From: an uncultured Deinococcaceae bacterium
Lineage (GTDB): Bacteria; Deinococcota; Deinococci; Deinococcales; Deinococcaceae
NCBI GenBank assembly: GCA_964252075.1
Contig: CAXULY010000062.1
Location: 1 to 26,773 of the forward strand
DNA length: 26,773 nt
Direction: 5' to 3'
Shown one piece after another: positions 17,483 to 26,146 of the stretch (position 1 is the stretch's first letter; each line of letters opens with the position of its first letter). The notes under the pieces were generated by a model, which was not told where the DNA came from, made no database searches, and worked only from the letters and a program-made list of their open reading frames with translations. The translations under genes and the position numbers were made by a program.

Positions 17483-19372
17483 ATGAGCATCCGACTGACG
17501 GTCGCGCAGGCCATTGTGCATTTCCTGGCCGCGCAGCACAGCGAGCGGGACGGTGCGCGCCGCCGCCTCATTCCGGGCGTGTGGGGCATCTTCGGGCACG
17601 GGAACGTTGCGGGGCTCGGGCAGGCGCTGGAGGAGTACGGCGGGCCGCTGGACCTCCCCACGTACCGCCCGCAGAACGAGCAGGGCATGGTGCACACGGC
17701 GGTCGCATTCGCGAAGCACGTGAACCGCCTCGCGACTTTAGCGTGCACCGCGAGCGTCGGGCCGGGCAGCACGAACATGCTGACGGGCGCGGCGCTCGCC
17801 ACCATCAACCGCCTGCCGGTGCTGCTGCTGCCGAGCGACACCTTCACGAACCGCGCGCCGGACCCGGTGCTGCAGGGGCTGGAGCATCCCAGCGAGCACG
17901 ACCTGAGCGTGAACGACTGCTTTCGGCCCGTGAGTCGCTTCTTCACGCGCATCACGCGCCCCGAGCAGCTGCTCTCGGCGCTGCCGGAGGCCATGCGGGT
18001 GCTGACGGACCCGGCGGAGACGGGCGCGGTGGTGGTGGCGCTCCCGGAGGACGTGCAGGCCGAGGCCTACGACTGGCCGGAGGCGTTCTTCGAGGAGCGC
18101 GTGTGGCGCGTGCGGCGCCCGCCGCCGGAGGCGGAACTGGTGGCGCAGGCGGCGGCCCTGCTGAAGGGCGCCGCGCGCCCGCTGATCGTGGCGGGCGGCG
18201 GCGTGATCTACAGCGGCGCCGGGCAGGCCCTCGCGGACTTCGCGGCGGCGCACGGCATCCCGGTGGTGGAGTCGCAGGCGGGCAAGGGCGTCCTCCCCTG
18301 GAATCACCCCATGAACGCCGGGCCGATCGGCTCGGCGGGCGGCCTCGCCGCGAACCGCCTAGCGCGAGACGCGGACCTCGTGCTGGCGGTCGGGACGCGC
18401 CTGGGGGATTTCGTGACGGCGAGCCGCACGGCCTTCCAGCACCCGCAGGTGCGCTTCGTGGGCCTGAACGTCGTGCCGATGGACGCCGCGAAGCTCGGCG
18501 CGCTGAGCGTCGTCGCGGACGCGCGGGAAGGCCTCACCGCCCTCAGTGCTGGGCTCGCGGACTGGTCGGGCACGCCCGCCTCATACCGCGCGCAGGTGAG
18601 CGCCCTGAAGCGCGAGTGGGACGCCGCCGTGGACCTCGCGCGGCAGGACACGGGGAGCGCGCCGCCCGCGCAGGGCGCCGTGATCGGCGCGGTGAACGAC
18701 GCGGTCGGCGGGCACGCCACCATGATCTGCGCGGCGGGCAGCATGCCGGGCGACCTGCTGCGCCTGTGGCGCCCCGAGGACGAGAAGGCCTACCACGTGG
18801 AGTACGGATACTCCTGCATGGGGTACGAGGTGCCCGCGGGCCTCGGCGTGGCGCTCGCGGAGCCGGGACGGCGCGTGGTGGTGATGGTCGGGGACGGCTC
18901 GTACCTGATGCTGAACAGCGAGCTCGCCACCGCCGTCGCGGAGAACGTGAACCTCACGGTGGTGCTGGTGGACAACCGCGCGTTCATGAGCATCCGGGGC
19001 CTGCAGATGGAGTCCGGCAGCCCGAGTTTCAACAACGAGCTGCGCCACCGCAATCCCGCCACGGGTCGCACGGACGGCGTGACCGTGGCGCTCAACTTCG
19101 TGAAACACGCCGAGGGCCTCGGTGCACAGGCCACGCGCGCGGACACGCTGGACGAGTTGCGCGCCGCGCTGGACGCCGCCGCAGCGGGCGGCGTGCACGT
19201 GATCGTGGTGCCCGTGAACCTGCGGGAGCGCGTGCCGGGCTTCGAGAGCTGGTGGGACGTGCCCATCGCGGAGGTGAGCGGGCAGGAGCGCGTGCGCAGC
19301 ACGCGCTCGGAGTACGAGCAGAAACGCGCGGCGCAGGTGGCGTACCAGCCCGCGACGAAAGGAGCGCCGTGA
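17483..19372 (+). CDS. iolD: 3D-(3,5/4)-trihydroxycyclohexane-1,2-dione acylhydrolase (TPP-dependent)
   Basis: RLTVAQA, GIFGHGNVAGLG, NEQGM, PDPVLQ, EYGYSCMGYE, GDGSYLM, SWWDVP. Confidence 0.95.
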   Translation: MSIRLTVAQAIVHFLAAQHSERDGARRRLIPGVWGIFGHGNVAGLGQALEEYGGPLDLPTYRPQNEQGMVHTAVAFAKHVNRLATLACTASVGPGSTNMLTGAALATINRLPVLLLPSDTFTNRAPDPVLQGLEHPSEHDLSVNDCFRPVSRFFTRITRPEQLLSALPEAMRVLTDPAETGAVVVALPEDVQAEAYDWPEAFFEERVWRVRRPPPEAELVAQAAALLKGAARPLIVAGGGVIYSGAGQALADFAAAHGIPVVESQAGKGVLPWNHPMNAGPIGSAGGLAANRLARDADLVLAVGTRLGDFVTASRTAFQHPQVRFVGLNVVPMDAAKLGALSVVADAREGLTALSAGLADWSGTPASYRAQVSALKREWDAAVDLARQDTGSAPPAQGAVIGAVNDAVGGHATMICAAGSMPGDLLRLWRPEDEKAYHVEYGYSCMGYEVPAGLGVALAEPGRRVVVMVGDGSYLMLNSELATAVAENVNLTVVLVDNRAFMSIRGLQMESGSPSFNNELRHRNPATGRTDGVTVALNFVKHAEGLGAQATRADTLDELRAALDAAAAGGVHVIVVPVNLRERVPGFESWWDVPIAEVSGQERVRSTRSEYEQKRAAQVAYQPATKGAP

Positions 19373-20319
19373 CCATCCGTTTCGGCAACGCCCCGTGTTC
19401 GTGGGGCACCATCGAGGGTTTCGGGAGTGCCATTCCCTTCGGCACCATGCTGGATGAGCTGGTCGCGGCGGGCTACACGGGCACGGAACTCGGTGATTAC
19501 GGCTTCATGCCGACCGACCCGCAGGCGCTGCGCGCGGAACTCACGGCGCGCGACCTCACGATGCTGGGCGCGTACGAGGGCGTGAACCTGCGCGACGCGG
19601 GCGCGCACGCGGACGGCGAGGCGCGCGTGCTGCGCGTCGCGCGGTTGCTCGCGAGCGTCGCGGACCTCGGGGACCCCGGCTGGTCTCCCCTGCTGGTGCT
19701 GGCGGACGAGCACAGCCGCGACGAGGGGCGCCGCACGCACGCCGGGCGCATCACCCCGGACCTCGCGCTGAGCGGGCCGGAGTGGGACACCTTCGCGCGG
19801 GGCGCGGAGGGCATCGCGCGGCGCGTGAGGGAGGAGACGGGGCTGCGTACGGTGTTCCACCACCACTGCGGCGGCTTCGTGGAAACGCCCGACGAGATTC
19901 AGGCGCTGCTGGACCGCACGGACCCTGCCGTGCTGGGTCTGGTGCTCGACACCGGGCATTCCCTGTACGGCAGCGGCACGAGCGACCCGCAGACCGTGCT
20001 CGACGGCCTCGCGCGCTTCCGGGAGCGCATCTGGTACGTGCACTTCAAGGACATGAGCCCCGAGGTCGCGGCGCGCGCCCGAACAGAGGGCCTCAGTTAC
20101 CAGGAGGCGGTGGGCGCCGGGGTGTTCTGCGAGCTGGGGCGCGGCGCTGTGCCCTTCCCGCAGGTGGAGCGCATCCTGCAGGACTGGGGGTACGCGGGCT
20201 GGGTGACGGTCGAGCAGGACGTGCTGCCCGGCATGGGGGAGCCGCGCGAGAGCGCCGCGCGCAACCGCGCGTACCTGCGCGGCCTCGAAGCGGGGCGGGA
20301 GGTCGGCGCGCGTGACTGA
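19369..20319 (+). CDS. iolE: Myo-inosose-2 dehydratase-like TIM-barrel protein
   Basis: GTG start overlapping the iolD stop, GGAG RBS. Motifs NAPCSWG, GTELG, HHHCGGFVE, LDTGH, VHFKD, FCELGRG, VEQD. Confidence 0.85.
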   Translation: MTIRFGNAPCSWGTIEGFGSAIPFGTMLDELVAAGYTGTELGDYGFMPTDPQALRAELTARDLTMLGAYEGVNLRDAGAHADGEARVLRVARLLASVADLGDPGWSPLLVLADEHSRDEGRRTHAGRITPDLALSGPEWDTFARGAEGIARRVREETGLRTVFHHHCGGFVETPDEIQALLDRTDPAVLGLVLDTGHSLYGSGTSDPQTVLDGLARFRERIWYVHFKDMSPEVAARARTEGLSYQEAVGAGVFCELGRGAVPFPQVERILQDWGYAGWVTVEQDVLPGMGEPRESAARNRAYLRGLEAGREVGARD

Positions 20320-21337
20320 CGGGCCCACGCCGGACCTCATCACCATCGGGCGAAGCTCCATCGACCTGTACTCGCAGGACGTGGGGCGCGCCATGCCGGA
20401 CGTGCGGCACATCGGCGCGTACCTGGGCGGCAGCCCCCTGAACATCGCGGTGGGCGCCGCGCGCCTCGGGGTGCGCGCGGCGCTCGTCACGGCGGTCGGG
20501 GAGGACCAGGTGGGGGACTTCATCCTGGCGGGCCTGGCGCGGGAGGGCGTGGAGACGCGCTTCATTCCGCGCAAGGCGGGCACGCGCACCAGCGCGGTGC
20601 TGCTCGCCATCCAGCCGCCGGACCGCTTCCCCATCACCTTCTACCGCGACAACGCCGCGGACATCCAGCTCGGCATTGACGACCTCGCGCGCGTGCCGAT
20701 CGAGTCGGCGCGCGCGGTGGTGGTGAACGGGTCGGCGCTGGCGCGCGAGCCGAGCCGCAGCGCGACCTTCTCCGCGTGCGAGCGGGCGCAGGCGGCGGGC
20801 GTGCCGGTGTACCTGGACCTGGATTTCCGCGCGGACCAGTGGCATGACGTGCGCGCCTTCGGGGTGACGGTCCGCGCCCTGCTGCCCATGGTGGGCGTGG
20901 TGCTGGGCACGGAGGAGGAGATCAACGCGGCGCTCCTCACGCGCGTGGAGGACGTGCGCATCACGCACGAGCAGATCACGGCGCCCACCATTCACGGGGA
21001 CCTCGCCGCGAACGTCGCGGCGCTGCTCTCGCGCGCGCCGACCGTGGTGGTGAAGGAGGGCGCGCGCGGCTGCACCGTGCACGTCCGCGGCGAACAGCCC
21101 TTACCCGTGCCGGGCTTCCCGGTGGACGTGGTGAGCGTGCTGGGCGCCGGGGACGCCTTCGCGGCGGGCTTCGTGACGGGCCGCCTGCGCGGCCTGGGCT
21201 GGGCGGAGAGCGCGCGGCTCGGGAACGCCTGCGGCGCGATCGTCGTGACGCGCATCGGCTGCGCGGACTTCACGCCCACGCAGGCGGAAGTGGACGCCTT
21301 CGTGGCGCTGAAGGGCGGGTGGGCGTGGCCTACCTGA
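20312..21337 (+). CDS. iolC: 5-dehydro-2-deoxygluconokinase (PfkB family)
   Basis: DLITIGRSSIDLY, GGSPLNIAVGAARLG, IQPPDRFPITFYR, DLDFR, GAGDAF. Standalone 341 aa. Confidence 0.93.
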   Translation: MTDGPTPDLITIGRSSIDLYSQDVGRAMPDVRHIGAYLGGSPLNIAVGAARLGVRAALVTAVGEDQVGDFILAGLAREGVETRFIPRKAGTRTSAVLLAIQPPDRFPITFYRDNAADIQLGIDDLARVPIESARAVVVNGSALAREPSRSATFSACERAQAAGVPVYLDLDFRADQWHDVRAFGVTVRALLPMVGVVLGTEEEINAALLTRVEDVRITHEQITAPTIHGDLAANVAALLSRAPTVVVKEGARGCTVHVRGEQPLPVPGFPVDVVSVLGAGDAFAAGFVTGRLRGLGWAESARLGNACGAIVVTRIGCADFTPTQAEVDAFVALKGGWAWPT

Positions 21338-22149
21338 CGGACGCCCGGCCCCTGCTGCGGGAGGCGTACCGGGAGCGGCAGGCGCTCCCGGCCTTCAACG
21401 TGTGCTCGCTGGAGATGGCGCGCGGCTGCATCCAGGCCGCCGCGGACCTCGGCGCGCCCGTCCTGGTGCAGACGTACCCGGCGGATGTGGAGCAGGCGAG
21501 CCCCGCAGTGTTCGTGGCGATGGTGCGGGCGCTGGCGGACGAGGTGGACGTGCCCGTCGCGCTGCACCTCGACCACGGGCGCGGCCTAAACCTCGCGGTG
21601 CGCTGCCTGCGCGCCGGGTACTCCAGCGTGATGTTCGACGGGCAGGGCCTGCCCTTCGAGGATGTGCTGGAGCGCACCGCGCGCCTCGCGGAGGTCGCGC
21701 ACGCGGCGGGCGCGAGCCTGGAGGTGAGCGCCGAGAGCTTCGGCGTGCCCGGCGCCATGAATGAACTGGAGCGCACCGACCCGGAGGAGGCCGCGCGGCT
21801 CGCGGCGGCGGGCGCGGACCTCGTGGCGTGCGCGGTGGGCAGCGAGCACGGGCGGTCCTCGCACCTCGACCTGGACCTGCTGGCGCGCGTCGCGGACGCC
21901 GTGTGCGGGCCGCTCGTGCTGCACGGCGGCAGCGGCATCCCCGAGGGCGACCTGCGGGCCGCCGCGGGCCTCGGCGTGGTGAAGGTGAACGTCGGCTCCG
22001 CCCTGTACCGCGCGGCGCTCGGCACGTGGCGGGCTGAGGCGCCCGCGCAGTCCTCGCACCGCGCGGTGTACGCTTCGGTCCGCGAGGCCATCCGCGCCGT
22101 CGCGCGCGACACCATCTTGAAGCTCCGAGGAGCGGAGGAACACGCATGA
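21325..22149 (+). CDS. iolJ: Class II fructose-bisphosphate aldolase family, probable 6-phospho-5-dehydro-2-deoxy-D-gluconate aldolase
   Basis: PAFNV, LHLDH, SVMFDG, GSEHG, LVLHGGSG, KVNVGS. IolJ function is inferred from context. Start may be GTG 21319 or 21325. Confidence 0.72.
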   Translation: MAYLTDARPLLREAYRERQALPAFNVCSLEMARGCIQAAADLGAPVLVQTYPADVEQASPAVFVAMVRALADEVDVPVALHLDHGRGLNLAVRCLRAGYSSVMFDGQGLPFEDVLERTARLAEVAHAAGASLEVSAESFGVPGAMNELERTDPEEAARLAAAGADLVACAVGSEHGRSSHLDLDLLARVADAVCGPLVLHGGSGIPEGDLRAAAGLGVVKVNVGSALYRAALGTWRAEAPAQSSHRAVYASVREAIRAVARDTILKLRGAEEHA

Positions 22150-23174
22150 CTGAAGGCACCGTGAACGTCGCCCTGCTGGGCGCGGGCCGCATGGGCATCG
22201 AGCACGCCCGCACGCTGGTGGGCATCCCCGAGGTGCGGGTGGTGGCGGTCGCCGACCCGAACGCCGAGGCCGCGCAGGCCGCGCAGCGCCTCAGCCGCGC
22301 CGAACGCACCTACGCCGACCCGCTGGACGCCATCCACGACGCAGACGTGAACGCCGTGGTGATCGTGACGCCCACCGGCCTGCACGCCGCGCACATCGAG
22401 GCGGCGGCCCGCGCGGGCCGCGCGATCTTCTGCGAGAAGCCCGTCGCGACGGACCTGCGCGAGACCGAACGGGTGCTGCGCGTCGTGCAGGAGACGGGCG
22501 TGCCCTTCCAGATCGGCTTCCAGCGCCGCTACGACCCCGCCTTCGCGCAGGCGCGCGCGCGCCTCGACGCGGGCGAGCTGGGGACCATCGAGCAGTTCCA
22601 CGCGGTGGGCCGCGACCCCGCGCCCGCGCCCATCGAGTACCTGCGCGGCTCGGGCGGCATCTTCCTCGACCAGGCGATTCACGACCTGGACATCGCGCGC
22701 TTCCTGGTGGGCGAGGTGCGCGAGGTGATGGCGTGGGGCGACGCGAAGGTGGACCCGCGCATCGCGGAGCTGAACGACGCAGACACCACCACCGCCGTCC
22801 TGCACTTCGAGAACGGCGCGCAGGGCGTCGTGCAGAACTCCCGGCGCGCCGTGTACGGCTACGACGTGCGCACCGAGGTGTTCGGGGCGCGCGGGAAGTT
22901 CCAGCTGGACGCCACCCCGAAGACGCCGCTGCTCGCGTACGGGGACGGCGTGCGCATGGACCACTACCACTTCTTCATGGACCGCTTCCGCGACGCGTAC
23001 CGCCTGGAACTCGAAGCCTTCGTGCGCGCCGTGCTGGGCGGCACGCCCCCCGAACCCGGCGCGCGGGACGCGCTGGAGAGCCTGCGCCTCGCGGTGGCGT
23101 GCCAGACGAGCCTGCGCGAGCGCCGCCCCGTGCGCCTGGAGGAACTGCGTGAACCACTACCGACCCGCTCCTGA
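22146..23174 (+). CDS. iolG: Myo-inositol 2-dehydrogenase (Gfo/Idh/MocA)
   Basis: GAGRMG, CEKP, GFQRRYDP, SGGIFLDQAIHDLD, NSRRAVYGYDVRTEVFG, FFMDRF. Confidence 0.92.
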   Translation: MTEGTVNVALLGAGRMGIEHARTLVGIPEVRVVAVADPNAEAAQAAQRLSRAERTYADPLDAIHDADVNAVVIVTPTGLHAAHIEAAARAGRAIFCEKPVATDLRETERVLRVVQETGVPFQIGFQRRYDPAFAQARARLDAGELGTIEQFHAVGRDPAPAPIEYLRGSGGIFLDQAIHDLDIARFLVGEVREVMAWGDAKVDPRIAELNDADTTTAVLHFENGAQGVVQNSRRAVYGYDVRTEVFGARGKFQLDATPKTPLLAYGDGVRMDHYHFFMDRFRDAYRLELEAFVRAVLGGTPPEPGARDALESLRLAVACQTSLRERRPVRLEELREPLPTRS

Positions 23175-23976
23175 GGGCCGCGAGGCCGTGGGCGTCACGC
23201 CGGAGTCGGCGGACTGGCGGTACCTGAGCTTCCGCGTGCTGCGCCTGCAACTTGGCGAGACCATCACGGACGAGACGGGCGGCCTGGAAGTCGCGCTGCT
23301 CCTCCAGGAGGGCCGCCTCACTGTCCAGGCGGGCGGGCGGAACTTCACGCTCGCGCGCGCGGACGTGTTCACAGAGCTGCCGCACCTGCTGTACCTGCCG
23401 CCCGGCACGCCCTACACCCTGCGCGCTGACACCGCCTGCACGGTCGCGCTGGGCGGCGCGCCCGCCGAGGGCCGCCTGCCGCTGCGGCTCTTCACGCCCG
23501 GCGAGATGCGCGTCGAGATGCGCGGCGGCGCGAACGCCATCCGGCAGGTCACGCACGCCCTCGGGCCGGACCTGCCCGCCGAACGCCTGCTGATCTACGA
23601 GGTGTACACCCCCAGCGGCAACTGGAGTGGGTGGCCCCCGCACCGCCATGACGGGCAGCTGGGGTCCCTGTACATCGAGGAGAGTTACCACTACCGCGTG
23701 ACGCCTACGGAGGGCTGGGCGGTGCACCGCAACTACAGCCCCGAGGACGGGGAGGACGAGCTGATCCTCGCGCGGGACGGCGATCTCGTGCTTGCGCGGC
23801 GTGGCTACCACCCGGTGGCCGCGGCGCCCGGCAGCAACGTGTACTACCTGAACTTCATGGCGGGCGATGCCCTCATGGATGAGCGGCGCACGTCCCCCGT
23901 GGACGAGGCGGCGTGGGCGTGGATGCGCGGCGAGTGGACGGGACGCGCCCTGAAGCTCCCCATCGGGCGCGAGTAA
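23149..23976 (+). CDS. iolB: 5-deoxy-glucuronate isomerase
   Basis: GGAGG RBS before GTG. Motifs WRYLSF, EVYTPSGNWSGWPPHRHD, EESYHY, GYHPV, YYLNFMAG. Confidence 0.93.
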   Translation: MNHYRPAPEGREAVGVTPESADWRYLSFRVLRLQLGETITDETGGLEVALLLQEGRLTVQAGGRNFTLARADVFTELPHLLYLPPGTPYTLRADTACTVALGGAPAEGRLPLRLFTPGEMRVEMRGGANAIRQVTHALGPDLPAERLLIYEVYTPSGNWSGWPPHRHDGQLGSLYIEESYHYRVTPTEGWAVHRNYSPEDGEDELILARDGDLVLARRGYHPVAAAPGSNVYYLNFMAGDALMDERRTSPVDEAAWAWMRGEWTGRALKLPIGRE

Positions 23977-23979
23977 CGG

Positions 23980-24008
23980 GCGGCGCACCCCACCCTTGGG
24001 CGCGCCGC
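23980..24008. terminator. Possible hairpin between convergent iolB and hypothetical gene
   Basis: Imperfect inverted repeat GCGGCGCACCC...GGGCGCGCCGC right after the iolB stop. Confidence 0.4.
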
Positions 24009-24054
24009 TTCACCAGCATGGGTTCTGCGAGCGGTGCGACTGATGTCGTCTTCG

Positions 24055-24426
24055 TTACGACGCTTTGCTCATCGCGATGAGGGTTGCACCGTGCAGGTCG
24101 CGCGGCGCGCCCTCCCGAATGCAGTCCGCCAGGTCACACACATCCAGCATCTCCACGTCCGGGAACTGCCCCGCGGGCACGCTCGGGAAGCCGTCATCCA
24201 AACGGTTGAGCATGTGAATCCAGGCGGCTCGCGCGGCGTAGCGCAGGTCTGTCCGGCGCACGTACTCCCCGGGAATGCCGATGGCGACGCAGTGGCGGGG
24301 GTCGCTCTTCGCGAGCAGCACGAACCGGTCGGCGGCCGCGTCCGTGAACGCCTGCATGATGACGCCCCTGGGCGAGGTGAAGGGCTTCAGGGCGTCGACC
24401 AGTTCGGGGGACCGCTCAAGGTTCAT
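24055..24426 (-). CDS. Hypothetical protein (~123 aa)
   Basis: MNLERSPELVDALKPF... has protein-like composition and GC-rich third positions. No family recognised; start uncertain. Confidence 0.6.
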   Translation of the reverse strand: MNLERSPELVDALKPFTSPRGVIMQAFTDAAADRFVLLAKSDPRHCVAIGIPGEYVRRTDLRYAARAAWIHMLNRLDDGFPSVPAGQFPDVEMLDVCDLADCIREGAPRDLHGATLIAMSKAS

Positions 24427-24588
24427 GCCTTCAATGAAGCATTTTTTAAGACGGCGTGTGCCGCAAAGTGGGCAGCGCCATGTGTACGCGCTGGAAGACG
24501 CAGGATTCTGAACATGGCGAGCAACGCACCGACAGGGCAAAACTATTCCATACAGATACGCACAGACGCCCAATGCACGTCATGCGTG

Positions 24589-24618
24589 AAAAGAAAAACG
24601 CCCTTCTGGAGGGCGTTT
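24589..24618 (-). terminator. Rho-independent terminator directly 3' of the tRNA fragment
   Basis: Minus strand AAACGCCCT-CCAGA-AGGGCGTTT followed by TTCTTTT, a few nt after CCA. Confidence 0.8.
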
Positions 24619-24622
24619 CTGT

Positions 24623-24668
24623 TGGTAGACCCGAGCAGATTTGAACTGCTGACCCCTACCGTGTCAAG
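24623..24668 (-). tRNA. 3' half only of tRNA-Val(GAC), the att-site remnant of an integration (not a complete tRNA)
   Basis: Minus strand C-TTGACAC-GGTAG-GGGTC-AGCAG-TTCAAAT-CTGCT-CGGGTCT-A-CCA: anticodon loop GAC, T-arm, acceptor 3' strand and CCA. No D-arm or 5' acceptor strand upstream. Confidence 0.88.
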
Positions 24669-24820
24669 TCTCCCAAGTCCTTTCTCGTCTGTTCCCGCCT
24701 GTTCCGATTATGCGGCCGTGAGCGGGTTTTTTGGGTGGAGGCTTTAGCGGGGGCTGACGTCATTTGAGATGCGGTAGTGGTCAAGCGCAGTGGTCAGTAT
24801 CGGTCAGCTTGCGCCATGGG

Positions 24821-24904
24821 TGAAGCGGGCCAGACGCTCCTCTGGCCCACCTCGATGGCGCTCAACGCTGTCGTCCCACAGCGGAACGCCCGGCACAAGA
24901 TACA
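24821..24904. repeat. Structured ~85-bp direct repeat, copy A
   Basis: TGAAGCGGGCCAGAC...ACAAGATACA. 64 of the first 70 nt are identical to copy B at 26449 by manual alignment. Confidence 0.9.
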
Positions 24905-25004
24905 TGAATGCGAGAGTGCATCGCGTGGTTCGAGGCGGCTGGAAGGTCGTGCATGTTGGAGCGCGTAACGCCAACCTAACGCCATGAGTGTAAGGTGAGC
25001 AGGT

Positions 25005-25781
25005 ATGCAATCCAAACGCGTGCTGGCCGCGGCGATGCTCACCCTTCCGCTCGTTCTCAACCTCGCCGCCTGCTCCGGACAGGTCGGCCCACAAGGCCCC
25101 ACCGGCGCGCAGGGACCCAGCGGCGTGACGGGCGCCACCGGAGCCACCGGCAGCACCGGCGCTCAGGGACCGTCAGGGGGCAAAGGCGCCACGGGTGCCA
25201 CCGGAGCGCCAGGGGCTCCGGGCGCCACCGGGGCGACCGGCGCGACCGGTCCCCAGGGCGATCCCGGTGCCACCGGCCCGACCGGCGACCCAGGCGCCAC
25301 AGGACCGACCGGACCGCAAGGTCCGCAGGGCGACCCGGGCGCGACCGGTGCCACGGGCCCGGCGGGGCCCACGGGACCGGCCGCTGTGGTCGGAAGCGGT
25401 TCTGGGACCATCACGTTCTCCAACCCTGCTGGAGGCGTCACCGACGGCACCTTCAATTACCCGAACGCGAGGTCGCTCGAGTTCGGCGCACCAGCCATTA
25501 CGGATTACACGCATCAAGCGGTCTTGATGTACATCAAGGCGCCCGCTGCAGGGTCATACCGACCACTCCCGGTCACCAACGGGAAGCTGAACATTGAATT
25601 CGTCTATGGCAACGGGGGCATCGCCGTGCTGGAGTTCAACAATGACGGGACGGACCCAGGCGCGAACACCTACGACTACGTGTACTACGTCCTCAATCAA
25701 GCGCAGGCCTCCGCCCTGAGGAAGAGCGGCACGGACACGTCCAACCTCAATGACGTGAAGCGGTACCTCAGCTCCCACTGA
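25005..25781 (+). CDS. Collagen-like lipoprotein
   Basis: Signal peptide with lipobox LAAC-S, 34 uninterrupted Gly-X-Y triplets (nt 25077-25382), ~130-aa non-repetitive C-terminal domain. Confidence 0.88.
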   Translation: MQSKRVLAAAMLTLPLVLNLAACSGQVGPQGPTGAQGPSGVTGATGATGSTGAQGPSGGKGATGATGAPGAPGATGATGATGPQGDPGATGPTGDPGATGPTGPQGPQGDPGATGATGPAGPTGPAAVVGSGSGTITFSNPAGGVTDGTFNYPNARSLEFGAPAITDYTHQAVLMYIKAPAAGSYRPLPVTNGKLNIEFVYGNGGIAVLEFNNDGTDPGANTYDYVYYVLNQAQASALRKSGTDTSNLNDVKRYLSSH

Positions 25782-25811
25782 TGGGCGCGCGGCACCCGTA
25801 GTCGCACCCTG

Positions 25812-25848
25812 AAGAACAGCCCCAGCCGTGCTGGCTGGGGCTGTTCTT
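25812..25848. terminator. Terminator hairpin after the collagen-like gene
   Basis: 16-bp perfect stem AAGAACAGCCCCAGCC-GTGCT-GGCTGGGGCTGTTCTT. Confidence 0.75.
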
Positions 25849-25900
25849 GACTGTCGGAGCGCCGTTGGGACGTGCGGACTGACCGGCGGTCGGTGCTGTC

Positions 25901-26146
25901 ATGCGAAACCTCAAAGTTCATCTTTTCGCGAAACGAACCCGCTATCTTTCTGTGGTGAGCGAAGCGCGGCGGGTGCCGAAGGTGGGCAAGGTGATCGCCC
26001 TCCCCTGGGGCACCGGTCAGGAGCCCATCTGGTATGTGGTGTGGTTAACCACCCTGAACTCCTGCGCCGTGCTGCACCTGGAGCACCTGCTGGACCGCGA
26101 CCGCACCTGCATCGCCTTTCTGTGGCCCGAAGGGAAACCCAGGTGA
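25901..26146 (+). CDS. Hypothetical 81-aa protein
   Basis: ATG-initiated ORF whose TGA overlaps the next GTG (GTGA coupling). No recognisable family or SD. Confidence 0.5.
   Translation: MRNLKVHLFAKRTRYLSVVSEARRVPKVGKVIALPWGTGQEPIWYVVWLTTLNSCAVLHLEHLLDRDRTCIAFLWPEGKPR

Noticed and set aside
17581..19368. Extension making IolE a 912-aa protein
   Set aside because: Off-frame overlap with iolD and Arg/Gly/Ala-rich junk. The real start is GTG 19369 with an RBS.
24427..24573. Possible Cys-rich (CPLC) N-terminal extension of the hypothetical gene
   Set aside because: AT-richer, promoter-like sequence with no RBS and only one CxxC pair. Not enough to call a zinc ribbon.
24034..24747. 237-aa plus-strand ORF
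   Set aside because: It is antisense to the hypothetical gene and runs through the terminator and tRNA fragment.
24952..24968. Possible Deinococcus RDRM (DdrO) site upstream of the collagen-like gene
   Set aside because: Only the right half (CGTAA) fits. The left half is out of register with the 17-bp consensus.
25077..25382. 9-bp periodic DNA repeats
   Set aside because: Fully explained by Gly-X-Y coding.
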